A stretch of 64,000 nucleotides of DNA from Octopus bimaculoides. Its lineage: Eukaryota. Within the stretch, counting starts at the first letter, position 1. Each line of letters starts with the position of its first letter. The notes beneath the pieces are model-generated. The model ran no database searches. It had not been told where the DNA came from and worked only from the letters and a program-made list of their open reading frames with translations. Positions 50,062 through 61,915 of this stretch are shown piece after piece. The stretch lies in contig NC_068995.1 of the NCBI RefSeq assembly GCF_001194135.2, positions 27,915,343-27,979,342 on the forward strand, read 5' to 3'. The translations under genes and the position numbers were made by a program.

Positions 50062-50146
50062 CTGTCTCAGATAAGTCACACACGAACTGTATTTCTGCCC
50101 AGGAAGAGCAGCATAGAACTAGTAGACCTTGAAACAGCAGTGTCAG
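50062..50146 (+). CDS. Weak candidate NUP205 exon
   Basis: cacttag|CTG...TCAG|gtgtat gives LSQISHTRTVFLPRKSSIELVDLETAVS, faintly like HAVCLFTPSLSE. It is phase 0 to 1 (85 nt), so on its own it breaks the frame after the phase-1 exon ending at 31606. Confidence 0.2.
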
Positions 50147-51810
50147 GTGTATGTTCATTAAAACAATGTCAGTGGAGGAGCCTTGATTAAGAAGAGAATA
50201 ATAATAAGATATTTCTTGGATTTGCGGTTAAGAAAAGGCTCAAGAATGTTTCTAGTATTTTTACAAAGTCTAACTAATGCAAACAGTTTGAAGTGGAATT
50301 TAGGCCACTGGGAATGTGCATTGTAAACATATTAAGTCATTGAGGTTACTGACTTTAAAAAGTGGTCATGAAAGCTAATTAAATCATTGGTGATGGTTAA
50401 TGAGTGAAGGTGAGACAACAGATGAATTTAAATGAATAGGAAAACAACTTTCAGCATGACCAACTGATATTCTTTATTGCTTATTTCCATGTGAGAAAGC
50501 TGAGTAAATCTATTTAAATACAAACACTGTCTTTCAGAAACATGTTGGAGCGTAATGTATAACTTAGTTGAGTTACAGATGGTCTGAGATTGGAGTTATG
50601 TAGTATGTATGTGAACTGATGGTGATGTAGGTAGACATGTCTGGTATAGTGGAGGAAGAATAGTCTAATGGTTTCTTATTCATCTTTTCGTGCATTTTGT
50701 AATAGGTGAAAGATAAAATAGTTAAAAGAGAACAAATCATGGTTCATGTTTTGCTGTTAGCAATTGCATTAGTCATTTCTGTTCATATCCCTAGTAGATC
50801 TCTCAAAAACCTGTGCTTGCTTAAGCAGGGAAGAAAAAGATAGGGGATTATGTGCCAGCTGAAGTTAGTTTGAACACTTGCAATGCGCAAACTACAAAAA
50901 TCACCTCAAGGCTGGGAGATGGTTTAAAACAGGGAGGTCTGTTCCACAAAATTCTCAGAAACAGTGACTTTACCATGACATCAGAAAGCTTTCTTTAACT
51001 GGGAAATGGCTTGATTCATCTAATTGCACAAGAAGCATGATAACACTCACAAACAGAATTCAAAACAAACAAAATTTGAAATAAGGAAAATGAAGAGCTG
51101 AGTAAAAAGCAAAACTTTTTAGATACAGTTAACTCTTAAAGTACAATACCACAAGTAACTGAAACCATCACCAGATCCCTAACCACACAATTCTAATTCA
51201 CAAAATGTTTTGGACTGAAAATGGGAACTAAGCATTCTTCTATATGAAAAACAAAAACCTCGTTGTTGAAAGAACTTCCTTTTTAACCATGCACATTTCT
51301 GTTTGTGGTTTCAGTGAAGTTTTTTGAATTTGCTTTACTTGCTTTGATTTTTTAGCATCATGGCAAGTATCTCTGAAGTGATGAGTTAGAATTCAGTTAT
51401 ATGATTTATTAATGGTTTAATTTGAGAAAGAGAGCTTGGGCTCGAGAAATAATCAGAGAAGAATATGAAATTTGATCTTCTGGAACCAAAACAAACTGAA
51501 TACCTGAGGGTAAAAGCTCTGAGGAACACATAAGTCAAAGCAAAAGAATATTTAAGAAAGGATGTAATTATTAATGTTGCAGAAATTATTAAGACAAATG
51601 AATTAAATGTCTTTATATGTCACATTTTTTTATTTCGTAAAAGCTTTTTCAGAAGAATCTTGATTTTATTTCCTAATAAAAATAAACAGAATTGATAGAT
51701 TCAAAAACAACAAAAATCCAAAAACTGCTATATTGCACTTTAGAAAGATACTGTATGAGAGACATATTTAGCACAACAAAGTAAAACATTATGTTGATTT
51801 AACTTTTCAG

Positions 51811-51980
51811 ATACATCATTCTCTCGTACCTATGCTGCTGGTCATCCACCTAACCTTACCATTGTTGTGCAACATCTGAAGCAATGTAGCAGTCAGTTTA
51901 TGTCAGTATTTGATAGTTACCAACAGCTGAAGAGGAAACTGGCCAGTGTTACTGACTTGACAGCAGATGACCTTAAAGAA
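51811..51980 (+). CDS. NUP205: NUP205 exon (last visible), phase 1 to 0
   Basis: aacttttcag|AT...AAAGAA|gtaaga. Encodes ...HPPNLTIVVQHLKQCSSQFMSVFDSYQQLKRKLASVTDLTADDLKE (cf. LPGLGIIIYLLKQSANDFFSYYDSHRQSVSKLQNVEQLPPDEIKE). Confidence 0.92.
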
Positions 51981-52339
51981 GTAAGATTTTATTGTTATGA
52001 TCTTGTGTGAAAAAGGAAAATTGTTCAACATTATAGAGATGTAATAAGAGCACTAGACACTTATTGGCTAATGAATGAACATTTTAAAGTCATGATAGAG
52101 TTCTGGATTAATGTTATTACTTTAAGTTCTATTGCATCTTTTTGAATGTCTGTATAAGTGGCAGAGAGAGAGAGAGAGAGAGAGAGAGATAAAGATGCTT
52201 GGGTGAGAATAAATAAATAGAGACTTTCTGTTATCTGCTCCAATTTTTATATGTTTGATTTCACAACTTTCATCCCCTCTAATGTATTCTGCAAAAGCAC
52301 TCTATATTACTTACTGAATTTTAACATTCTAGTAACTGC

Positions 52340-53025
52340 ATCATAACTGACAGGTAATTTTGCACCTGTGCCCAGCATCGCCTTTCTGGCACTTGTGCCC
52401 ACGGCATGTGTAAGGACTTTCGAGAGAGATCGTTGCCAGTGCCCCTGGACCGGCTCTTGTGCGGGTGGGACATAAAATACACCATTTTGAGCGTGGACGT
52501 TACCAGTACCGCCTGACTGGCCTTCGTGCCAATGGCACGTAAAAGCACCCACTACACTCTCAGAGTGGTTGGCGTTAGGAAGGGCATCCAGCTGTAGAAA
52601 CTCTGCCAATTGGAAATATGCTGTGCGTGAGAAGACCCGGTAAGCCAAGTGAGACCTAAATCTAAGGTCTCAGCCAGTCCACTTATGCGTACCTTCCTTC
52701 CTTCATTGGACACTAAACCCCACTTGCGAAGACCTGTTAAGGCAAGTGAAATCGAAATCAAGTTAAATTTGACATCCGGCACCCATGCCAACGTCGTCTC
52801 CCTCATTGGACACGAAACTCAGCTTGCGAAGACTTATTGGGGCAAGCGAAAGCGAATTTGTGATGGCATCTGTGCCTAGCGTCGCCTTTCTGGCATCCAG
52901 CTGTAGAAACTCTGCCAAATCAGATTGGAGCCTGGTGTAGCCATCTGGTTTTACCAGTCCTCAGTCAAATCGTCCAACCCATGCTAGCATGGAAAGCGGA
53001 CGTTAAACGACGATGATGATGATAC
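52340..53025 (+). mobile_element. Compound RTE 3' tail element (tail motif occurs twice)
   Basis: gcatccagctgtagaaactctgcca at ~52585 and ~52895. Ends gcggacgttaaacgacgatgatgatgat. Confidence 0.85.
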
Positions 53026-53929
53026 CTATGTATATCAGTGGCTTATGGTGGTTGTTGTCATTGGATGTGCTGCCACACTGACCATACTAAGGCTAACATT
53101 AGTATTACTCAAATTAGGCATGCAAACTGTGTATTTCTATCCAAAATGTAAATAATGTAAACTCAATTTATTTGGGATACAGATATATGGCACTAAAGTA
53201 AATTGAATTAATAATACTCTATAAATTGTAAGCGTTCTAAAATAAACCATAATTTTCTTATGCACACACTGAAAAATAAGAAACCGTGTAACTTTAGTTA
53301 CTTAAATTACTTATATGTAAGTTCTATTCTTCTTTGTGATGTAAAATGTTGGATAACCTCATCGTACAATGAACCACTTTGCTTGAGCTGCATTAGTACA
53401 CTTTTTTTAATTGAAAATAAACCAAGGCCACTTCCTGCTGAAGTTGTGTACCTACAACTTCTTGTGTTGCTATGCACAACTTCTCGCCATGAAAATGAAC
53501 ATGCAACCATGCTGTCAGAACTGTTGCACACCCTTCACATTAATTTTTTGCCATTCTCCCATTATCCTATGCTATGCCTGGTATCATATTATGATATAAT
53601 GCGCTGTGAGGTGTGGAATATTATTTCAGGACACCTGCCACCAAATTTCAAGCTGAGGTATAACAAAAATTTTCCATTATGATTTGTGATTAAATTAATG
53701 AGTAAGGTTAATATTTATAATGAACTTGCCATTTTCGATTGGTGTACAGTGCACACCTAGCACACCCGAAACATATGCCCCTGATGTATATATTTCTCAA
53801 GCTGATGTAGTTAACGCTGGCTAAAAATTTTTGATAGTTGCTGTTGGGTCAGTTTGCACAGGCATTAATGGTTGGTGGTTGGTACCCCAGTCCTTGGTTG
53901 TGGAGCAGCCAATGTAAAGGTGGTATGTC

Positions 53930-54860
53930 TGGATTGTCTGCAACCAGTAGTTTGAAGTTCACCAGGAGGGCATACCTCTGGTGGCAGCAATAGGACAGTT
54001 TGTAATTCCTGTCAATAGATACTGCAGGTTGATGGAGGATGTGCTATCTTTCACAGAGGCAAGGCTGGCAGTTGCAGGCACCAAGTGAATAAGGTGGTGC
54101 CCTGTCAACGATGGTGTATTCAATGCTAGGTGTTTCATTCTGAAGGTCATGGCGCCTCCAGAGGAAGCAAAATAAAGAAACAAATGAAGTGAAGTTCTCT
54201 CTTTCCCTGCATCTGAGCAAGTGCACGTACTGTGTGTATTCTTTCCCTGAAATCATTGGCTGTCATACCTGTGTAGTCCCTTGTGGTGCCATCGGATAGT
54301 GTGAGAGTGGCTCTGTAGACTACAGCCCTTGAGAGACAGGATCCTCCTAGGGTGCAGCTAGTAGGGTTTTCAGAAGTTACAGGTTGGGGCTGAGAGTTGT
54401 GTGTTTGCATCTATTGTCGCCTGCAATATTAGAAGCAATGTTATCTAAGCAGGAATAGCTCAGCTTGCTATAATGTGGATTAAGGAGCTTGTAGTACCTG
54501 TAGCTTCTAGGGTAATACTTCTTAATCAACAACAGGAAGCTCCAAGCTATGTTAATGGAAATTTCTAAGTTGCATGGAGGATCAAACCAGATTGTCTTTC
54601 ACTTTCTGGTCCTATTTGGGTGCAGAGTGGAAGGTTGTGGCTTCTCAATATGTTAACTTGGTAAACACACTCTTAGCTAGAGCAGCATTGTAGTGGGGCA
54701 GGGCCCTGTTAAAGACCTCTCTATCTGCTGAGAGCTTGGATATTTTCCTACTAACACCTGAGACTAGGTTTCTAATTACAGTGGGGAGATTGAGCTCCTG
54801 TGGATGTACAGTTTCATGTAAGGGTAGTACTTACCTATATTCAGGTCTAAGGTCACATCC
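53930..54860 (-). mobile_element. Penelope-like retroelement 3' part: RT thumb plus GIY-YIG endonuclease, pseudogenised
   Basis: TIWFDPP...KLSYSCLDNIASNIAGDN. CTLGGSCLSRAVVYRATLTLSDGTTRDYTGMTANDFRER. IVDRAPPYSLGACNCQPCLCER. Confidence 0.85.
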
Positions 54861-54879
54861 AATTGTGAAATTATGATGT

Positions 54880-55040
54880 AGAAAAGTATTTGGCCAAAAG
54901 TAAACCATTGTGCTTAGCCTTCGTCAACCTGGAGAAAACTTTCAACAGGGTTCTCAGCTCTCTTATCTGGTGGTCTCTAAGGAAGCTAGGAGTAGAGGAG
55001 AGGCATCTTAAAGCCATAGAAGCCATGTACAGTGAAGCTG
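54880..55040 (+). mobile_element. RTE RT fragment
   Basis: KSKPLCLAFVNLEKTFNRVLSSLIWWSLRKLGVEE. Confidence 0.85.
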
Positions 55041-56245
55041 TCAGTTGGTTCGCTATTTGGAAGACTCTTCTCCCAGTCAGTTTCCACATTTAATAAACTT
55101 TCATAATGGCATCCCCACGCATCTTTCTTCTCTAAGTCACTAAGTGCAAACATACCATTAGCCATTTGCACACACCTCTCATCTATCACATCTCTATTCT
55201 CTCTAATACACTGCTTTGCAATCCTGAACACCTCATGCCTCTGATCCTCACACTGTAGAACACTAACAAACTTACCTTCCGCTATTCCTTTTGCTATGTA
55301 AACCTGTCGCCTAGCCTCCCTTCTGACTCCCTGATATAATGCTCTGCTTCTGCCGTTTTTCCAGTCCTTCCAGGCCTGTCTCGTTGCTTTTATAACACTG
55401 TCCACCTCCTTGTTCCAACACCATGTCATCCTTGGCCGAACTGGCACTTTGCACCAACCACAGATTTGGTCAGTCACACCCAGTAAATTGTCCTGCAGGA
55501 ACTTCCAGTTGTCCTCTAAGCTATATGTCCTTTCCTCTTCCTCCTCTCTATCATCATAGGATTCCAGTAGAATGACTCTGAACTTTTGTTGGTTTGCTGG
55601 GTTTTTGAGCTTCCATAATCTTCTGCTCCGAGTGTCTCTAGCCCTAATTCCGAAGTCACAAACTAGTAGCCTATGTTGGGGTGTACACTCTTCACCTGGG
55701 AAAGACTTTGCATTTGTGAGCATCGGCTTATCTCATTGCCTGGTGAGGAGGTAATTAACCTGGCTTATGTTCCCATCAGACTGACAAGTGATTACATGGC
55801 TGGCTTTCTGAAGTTAGTGTTGCAGATCATGAGATCATTTGCATCACTGGACTCAAGTAGCCTTGTTCCCTCCTATTTCCTGGGGCCAAAGCGATAACCT
55901 CCATGCACCCCATGGAATATATGGGACTGTTGCCCAACATGTTCATTCAAGTTACCAGCCCTAATAATGAAGTATCTGTCATTTGTCGTTGCAATAGTCT
56001 GCAAAAGGACCGCGTAAAATTGGTCCTTCTAATCATCAACCAACCCAGCCTGTGGAGCATAGGCAGAGATAAATGTAATTATTAATCAGTCTATGATAAG
56101 TCTCAGCTTAATAACTATATTGCATACTCTGACTACCTCAATTACCTTATATACCCACTTCTCTGCTAAGAGTATGCTCATACCACCCACTCCATCACTC
56201 CTGACTACCCAGAAGAATTTGAACCTCTGACCTTGCATTTATTGC
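55040..56245 (-). mobile_element. RTE APE endonuclease to linker (downstream half of a split element)
   Basis: RFKFFWV...DGVGG, SAYAPQAG, AGNLNEHVG, SFPGEECTPQHRLLVCDF...WEKSLPN. Confidence 0.88.
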
Positions 56246-56249
56246 AGAA

Positions 56250-58055
56250 TCTTTAAGAAAATTGGAGAAGAAATTTCAGGTATGGAAACAAAGCCTGGAA
56301 TCAACAGGCCTTAAAGTTAACCTAGCTAAGACTAAAGTTGTTGTTAGTAAGAAAGAAGATATAACTCTCTTTCCATCAGGTAAATGGCCTTGCTCACTAT
56401 ATAGGAAAGGAGTAGGAAGAATTTCCATTCGCTGCACCCAGTGTAAACTATGGACACACAGAAGATGCAGTGGAATCACAGGTAGATTAACAGATATAGT
56501 TGTCTTTGTATGTGGCAAATGTGCAGGAACAATAAGCACTAACAGCACACGTGATTTAGATTCTCTCACTCCCAGGAGGCTCTCTTGAAGTTATAGATAG
56601 TTTCTGTTACCTAGGTGACCAAATTAGTAATGGTGGAGGATGCTCTGAAAGTATTGTTTCTAGAATAAAAATTGGGTGGAGGAAGTTCAGTGAGCTATTG
56701 CCTCTGTTGGCAACAAAAGGACTCTCTCAGAGTGAAATGTAGACTATATGATGCTTGTGTGTGAACGGCTGTTCTCTATGGTAATGAGACATGGGGTCTG
56801 AATGCAGAAGACATGTAGACTGGAGAGAAACGAAGGTAGTATGCTCCATTGTATGTGCAACATCAGTGCACTTGTATGGCAAAGTGCAAATGTATTGAGA
56901 GAAAAGTTGAGCATAAGAGTAATCAAATGTAGCATGCAAGAGAGAAGACTATGTTGGTTTGGACACATGATACATATGAATGAGAACAACTGCATAAAGA
57001 AGCGCCAATCACTGAAAGTGGATGATGCTCGCAGAAGAGGGAGACCTAGGAAGACATGAGATGAAGTAGTAAGGACTGATCTCAGGATGTTGGGCCTCAT
57101 GGAGGAAATGACAATGAACCGAGATGTCTGGTGATATGAAGTTCTAGAGAAGACCCACCTACATCAGCAAAACTGAGTTCTAGAAGTACTATGTATCCCA
57201 TCCACACTTAACAAGAAAACTTCTCACACACAATAAACCAAACTATGTCTCTACATCTCTTCTTCAACATTTCCACTTCATGCACTATGCTTACCTCCTA
57301 CTCCCCAATCCTGTCCTCTTGGCCCTGTGCCACTGTATTGCTGCTCTCTGCTAGCCTCCGACATGTGTTCCACCCACATGTCCTGTCCCACTGTATTATT
57401 GCTATCTGCTAGCCCCTGACCTGTGTGTTCCACCCACACATAACAAGAAAACTTTTCACTCACCCTACCCCAACAAACCAATCTACATCTCCATATCTCT
57501 TCTCTTCCTCACATTTCCCCCTTCATTCACTATGCCTAGCTCTCACTCCCCAATCCTGTCCTCAAGGCCCTGTTCCTCTGTATCATTACTATCTAGTGTG
57601 TCCCCCCNNNNNNNNNNNNNNNNNNNNNNNNNGCACTCTTTAATCACACTTACTTTGTAATATCCTGTCACTTATATTATGGTGTTTCAAACCTCAAGGA
57701 TATGCCCTGGCACTTGTCACAATCTATATCTCTCTCTCTTCCTTTACTCAACCATCCCATTTATATTCTGAACCCTCTACCTTGTGAGTATGCCTGGCAT
57801 TTTGCCACCATCTCTATCCTGCTGTCGCCCACTCTCTGTCTTCTACTACACTTCCCTCAGGTTGGGTAATCATGTATTCCTTTGTGGTAGCACACTTGTC
57901 TATGTCTTTATTCGTGATCTCTCTCTCTCTCTCTCCAAGTAACCTTGTACTTCCTCTACAGCAAGACACCTGTTTCTGTCTCTCTGTCTCACTATAACTT
58001 TTCATCATCTGACACAAGATCATCTTCTCCAGTTCCCCCTCCACTCTTGAATGTT

Positions 58056-58102
<47 letters not shown>

Positions 58103-58330
58103 TCTTGCAAGTACTTAGTGACTCTATCAATGCAAGTGCCACTTAAAAATACCCAGTCCACACTGTAAAGTGGTTGGTGTTCAGAAGGGCATCCAACTGT
58201 AAAAACCTTGTCTAAAACTGACCTCGCTTGTGCTTGTGCCACATAAAAAGCACTAAGTCTAGTCTGCTAAGTGGTTGGCGTTAGGAAGGGCATTCTAGCA
58301 TGGAAGGCAGATGTTAAACGATGATGATGT
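56250..58330 (+). mobile_element. 5'-truncated RTE with long 3' UTR, inserted into the minus-strand RTE
   Basis: EKKFQVWKQSLESTGLKVNLAKTK...RGRPRKT. 3' UTR with tandem sub-repeats at 57190-57600. Tail motif and (gat)n end at ~58330. Confidence 0.88.
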
Positions 58331-58810
58331 TTCTTACCCATGAGTAACCTAGCAGAGGCTCTTTTCCATCTCACTTCTTGCACACTCCACATTATTATGG
58401 TGACGCTCCATCATTTTGATTATCTCACCAGATCTCCCCTTCATTGTGCTAACGTTAATGTCTGCAGCCCTAAAATTGTGTACTTGGGAGGGAGAATGGG
58501 AAGGTAGTTGCCACGGGGGCTTTTGTCCAGGTTTGAAAAGAAGGTCTGTACAAACATTTGCCAGGTTGTGTAATGTATATTGTGTGTTTGATTCAATGAA
58601 GTATAATGTCCACCTGCCCATACAGCATCCCGATTAAGAGCCAGACAGAGAGGGGTAAGAAGGGCATGAAGTAGTCCTATATGTCTATATATAAAATCCT
58701 TGGTACATCCTGTGTTAAATTCAATGAAGTAAATGTTTTCACTACCATACAGCATCCAGATTAAGGACCAGTAAAGAGATGGGTAAGAAGGGCTTGAAAG
58801 TAGTCATATA
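58331..58810 (-). mobile_element. RTE 5' region and APE start (upstream half of the split element)
   Basis: NVSTMKGRSGEIIKMMER, then QEVRWKRASARLLMGK. ~125-bp direct repeat at 58583-58810. Confidence 0.8.
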
Positions 58811-59109
58811 TACCTATACATACATATACACAGTATTAAACTTATATGCTTATATATACTACATCATATATGTCTACATATACAAACACTACACAGGTTT
58901 ACATACTCATACATATAGACATACACATATGCACACATACCCATATATCTACATAGACATTTATACATACACACATTTGAACATGTAGGCCACATTAACA
59001 TACACATACATGTAAATACACCCATACATCCTCATACACATGAAGATGCAGTCCACATAAACGTACACAAGGATGTAAATATATACATATATATTCATAA
59101 ACATCTATC

Positions 59110-59143
<34 letters not shown>

Positions 59144-59148
59144 ATCCA

Positions 59149-59262
59149 AGAGAGTTAGGGGTTGAGGATCCAACCCACTAAGGGATAATATCTATCCAAT
59201 ATACTGCTGGGAGGGTACCCAATTATTGTTACACTAGTGTTATACCAAGTGCAATAAGTGGG
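59149..59262 (+). repeat. Second copy of the (TA)n-adjacent repeat seen at 5199-5314
   Basis: Direct sequence match, preceded by a long (TA)n run. Confidence 0.85.
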
Positions 59263-60289
59263 TATATACATATAAAATGAGGTTCACATAAGTACATACA
59301 CTTATATGGTAATCTGATAGATACATGCACACAAGTATATGGGTACAGGGAGGGGAAACCTCTACTCACAGAACAGGAGTACGGTTAGCTAGGGAAGTCA
59401 TGTATGTTTAAAATGAAATGGTGGGGGTGGGAAAGCAAAGCATGTAAGCAAGATGGACGCTGTTTTAATGCACATTAATATTAAAACTTTTATTATACTT
59501 ATTGTTATTAATACACCCTAGGCCACATAATATCATAAATTTAACTTCCCAAGCTGTATAGTATCATTTAAACTTAGGAGCATATAAAAAACATCATACT
59601 ATTCTAATCTGTATACTAACGTAAAGCATAAAAGAATTCATACTAATCTAAGCCATATAATATCAAATAAACATATGAGAAATTGGCCAAGCAAGGACAC
59701 TGAATGGGAGAGAAAAAGATTAAACGGCATTACATGAAAATAACACAAGAATTAAAAACTTAGCTATGCTTCCATTTTCACTTCTTACATGTACACACAT
59801 ACATGCACACACACATATATATATATATATGCATATGATCAAATTCCAAGGAGGCTGGTTGTTGTGTCAGCAAGACATTTATTGTGAAGTAAAATTGATA
59901 AAAGGAACAAAGTGAACTTGTCATTAGGAGTGGAAAATCCAAAGTTTCAGGTAGTGTCCTACAGGGGACAAGTTGAAAGGAGAGAAATTAAGGAGAGACT
60001 GCAGAATTTTACATTCTCTAAATTGAAAAGACTGGCTGTAACTCACAAGGAACACAGGACGACAGCTTCATATGTGAACAAGAAGTGAGGGGAGAAACAG
60101 TGTTAGAAGGAAGAAAGAAAGAATTATGGAGGCAAAGTTGCAAGTGAGATTAAGGGAAAAGATGAAGAGAGAGAAGGAGGGTTTAATGGATAAGGAAGGG
60201 TTTAATGAAATAAAAGATGTAGGAGGAGATGGTAAAATGTTATTTAAACCAGTCGGTGACATGGTACCAACTTCAAATGCGAAACATTG

Positions 60290-61075
60290 TTCCTTCCTTT
60301 TCTGTGAGAATGTGGATTCACAGAAATTCTGCTATCATACCTTGGCAAACTATTATCGCTTCTTGTCACTGCCTTACCCTCACACCTTACCCTCACAGAT
60401 TAAGGACACCAACTATGCCCTAAACCTTTTCAACTCATTCTCTTTTCCATATAATGAGTCCAAATTCCTTTCACCATGGACATCATATCACTATGTACCA
60501 TCATCCCCTATAATTATGGCCTTTAAACATTTCTGAAACTGTTGCCTTCTACCCAAACCTAGTAATGCGACACTCCTTCACCAAGCCAAACTTGTCTTAA
60601 CCCTTAATTGCCTTTCTTTCTCTGAGGAATTTTATATGCAATACACCAGTGTTGCTATGGGAACTAGGATGAGCCACAATTATGTGATATAGAAGAGCAA
60701 ATCTTAGCTCAATCCACCAGACCCATTCCAGAACAGTATGGTTGTTATATTGACAATTGTGTTGGTGCCATCACCCTTACAAGACAACAGCTCAACAATA
60801 TTATCTCTTTCATTAATGCCTTTCACCCTGCCTTGAGATTTACTTCCACCGTATCTTAATATTTCTATTAGTTTTCTCAATATCTCCGTCACCATAAACA
60901 ATATTCACCTCTCTACCTCTGTCCACTATTGACTCACATTGCTATCTCCATTACTCTCACTCTCACTCCAAACACACTAAATCTGCCATACTTTTTTCTC
61001 AATTCTTTTGCCATTGCTGGCTCTTCAGCATTGATACAGATTTAAAATCCCAGTGCTAAACAATGTGACAGTTCT
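60290..61075 (+). mobile_element. Penelope-like (Neptune-type) RT fragment
   Basis: LPSQIKDTNYALNLFNSF, TMDITSLYTIIP, LVLTLNCLSFSEEFYMQ..SVAMGTRMS, YIDN, FINAFHPAL.F. Confidence 0.85.
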
Positions 61076-61560
61076 TCCTGAATCAAGTGAGACTCAACAA
61101 TGACATCAATGAGGAATTTAATATAAGGGTTGGAATTCATCAAGACTCAATTCTCACTCCCCTCCTATTCATCATAGTTTTCAGGACATCACAAAGGAGT
61201 TTAAGACTTGCTGTCCATAGGAACTTCTGTATGCTGATGATCTAGTTCTCATAGCTGGAATTAACTTCTAAGCCTGTAGTTGAGAAGACTCAAGGTAAAC
61301 TTAGCAAAGGTGAAAGTTTTAGTTACTAGGAAAGAAAACAGAACTCTAGTACCCTTAGAGAAATGGCCTTGCTCGATTTGCAGAAAAGGAGTAAATATAA
61401 ACTCCATACATTGCACTCAGTGTAAGCTATGAACACATAAGAGATGTAGTAGAATCACTAACAGACTATTAGAGAATGTAAGTACTTTTCATGAGCCCAC
61501 TAGTATATAGAACTTGTTGCATGCTTGGATGGCTCGCTAGAAGTAGTTGATAACTTTTGC
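61076..61560 (+). mobile_element. RTE RT fragment
   Basis: VGIHQDSILTPLLFII, ELLYADDLVLIA, WPCSICRKGV. Confidence 0.85.
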
Positions 61561-61659
61561 TTTCTAGTTGCAGAGAAGCTCAATATATTTGGTAAAATAG
61601 AATACATGACACCACCCCGATAGTTAATTTATTAAGGAAGGTGTCATATCCAATGACTG

Positions 61660-61913
61660 GCCTAGCAGTAAAAAGCACTATCTGAACGTGATTGATGCCA
61701 GGCCCACCTGACTGGCTTCTGTGCCAGGAGCACATAAAAAGCACCCACTACACTCTGGGAGTGGTTGGCATTAGGAAGGGCACTTAGCTGTAGAAACATT
61801 GCCAGATCAGATTGGAGCCTGGTGCAGCCACTGGCTCTCCAGGCATCAGTCAAACCGTCTGACCCATGCCAGCATGGAAAATGGATGTTGAACGATGATG
61901 ATGATCATGATGA
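61660..61913 (+). mobile_element. RTE 3' tail
   Basis: gagtggttggcattaggaagggc...(gat)n. Confidence 0.8.
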
Positions 61914-61915
61914 TA

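Noticed and set aside
53260-53783. 140-aa ORF and a terminal gcccctg suggesting a hAT MITE
   Set aside because: The ORF has no recognisable motif, and no matching opposite TIR or 8-bp TSD was found.
53700-53940. Expected hammerhead downstream of the minus-strand Penelope ORF
   Set aside because: tttcg is present but there is no matching tcNtcag core.
59300-59370. ctgataga...gaaac near the second TA-adjacent repeat
   Set aside because: Core spacing is wrong and there is no convincing stem I or II.
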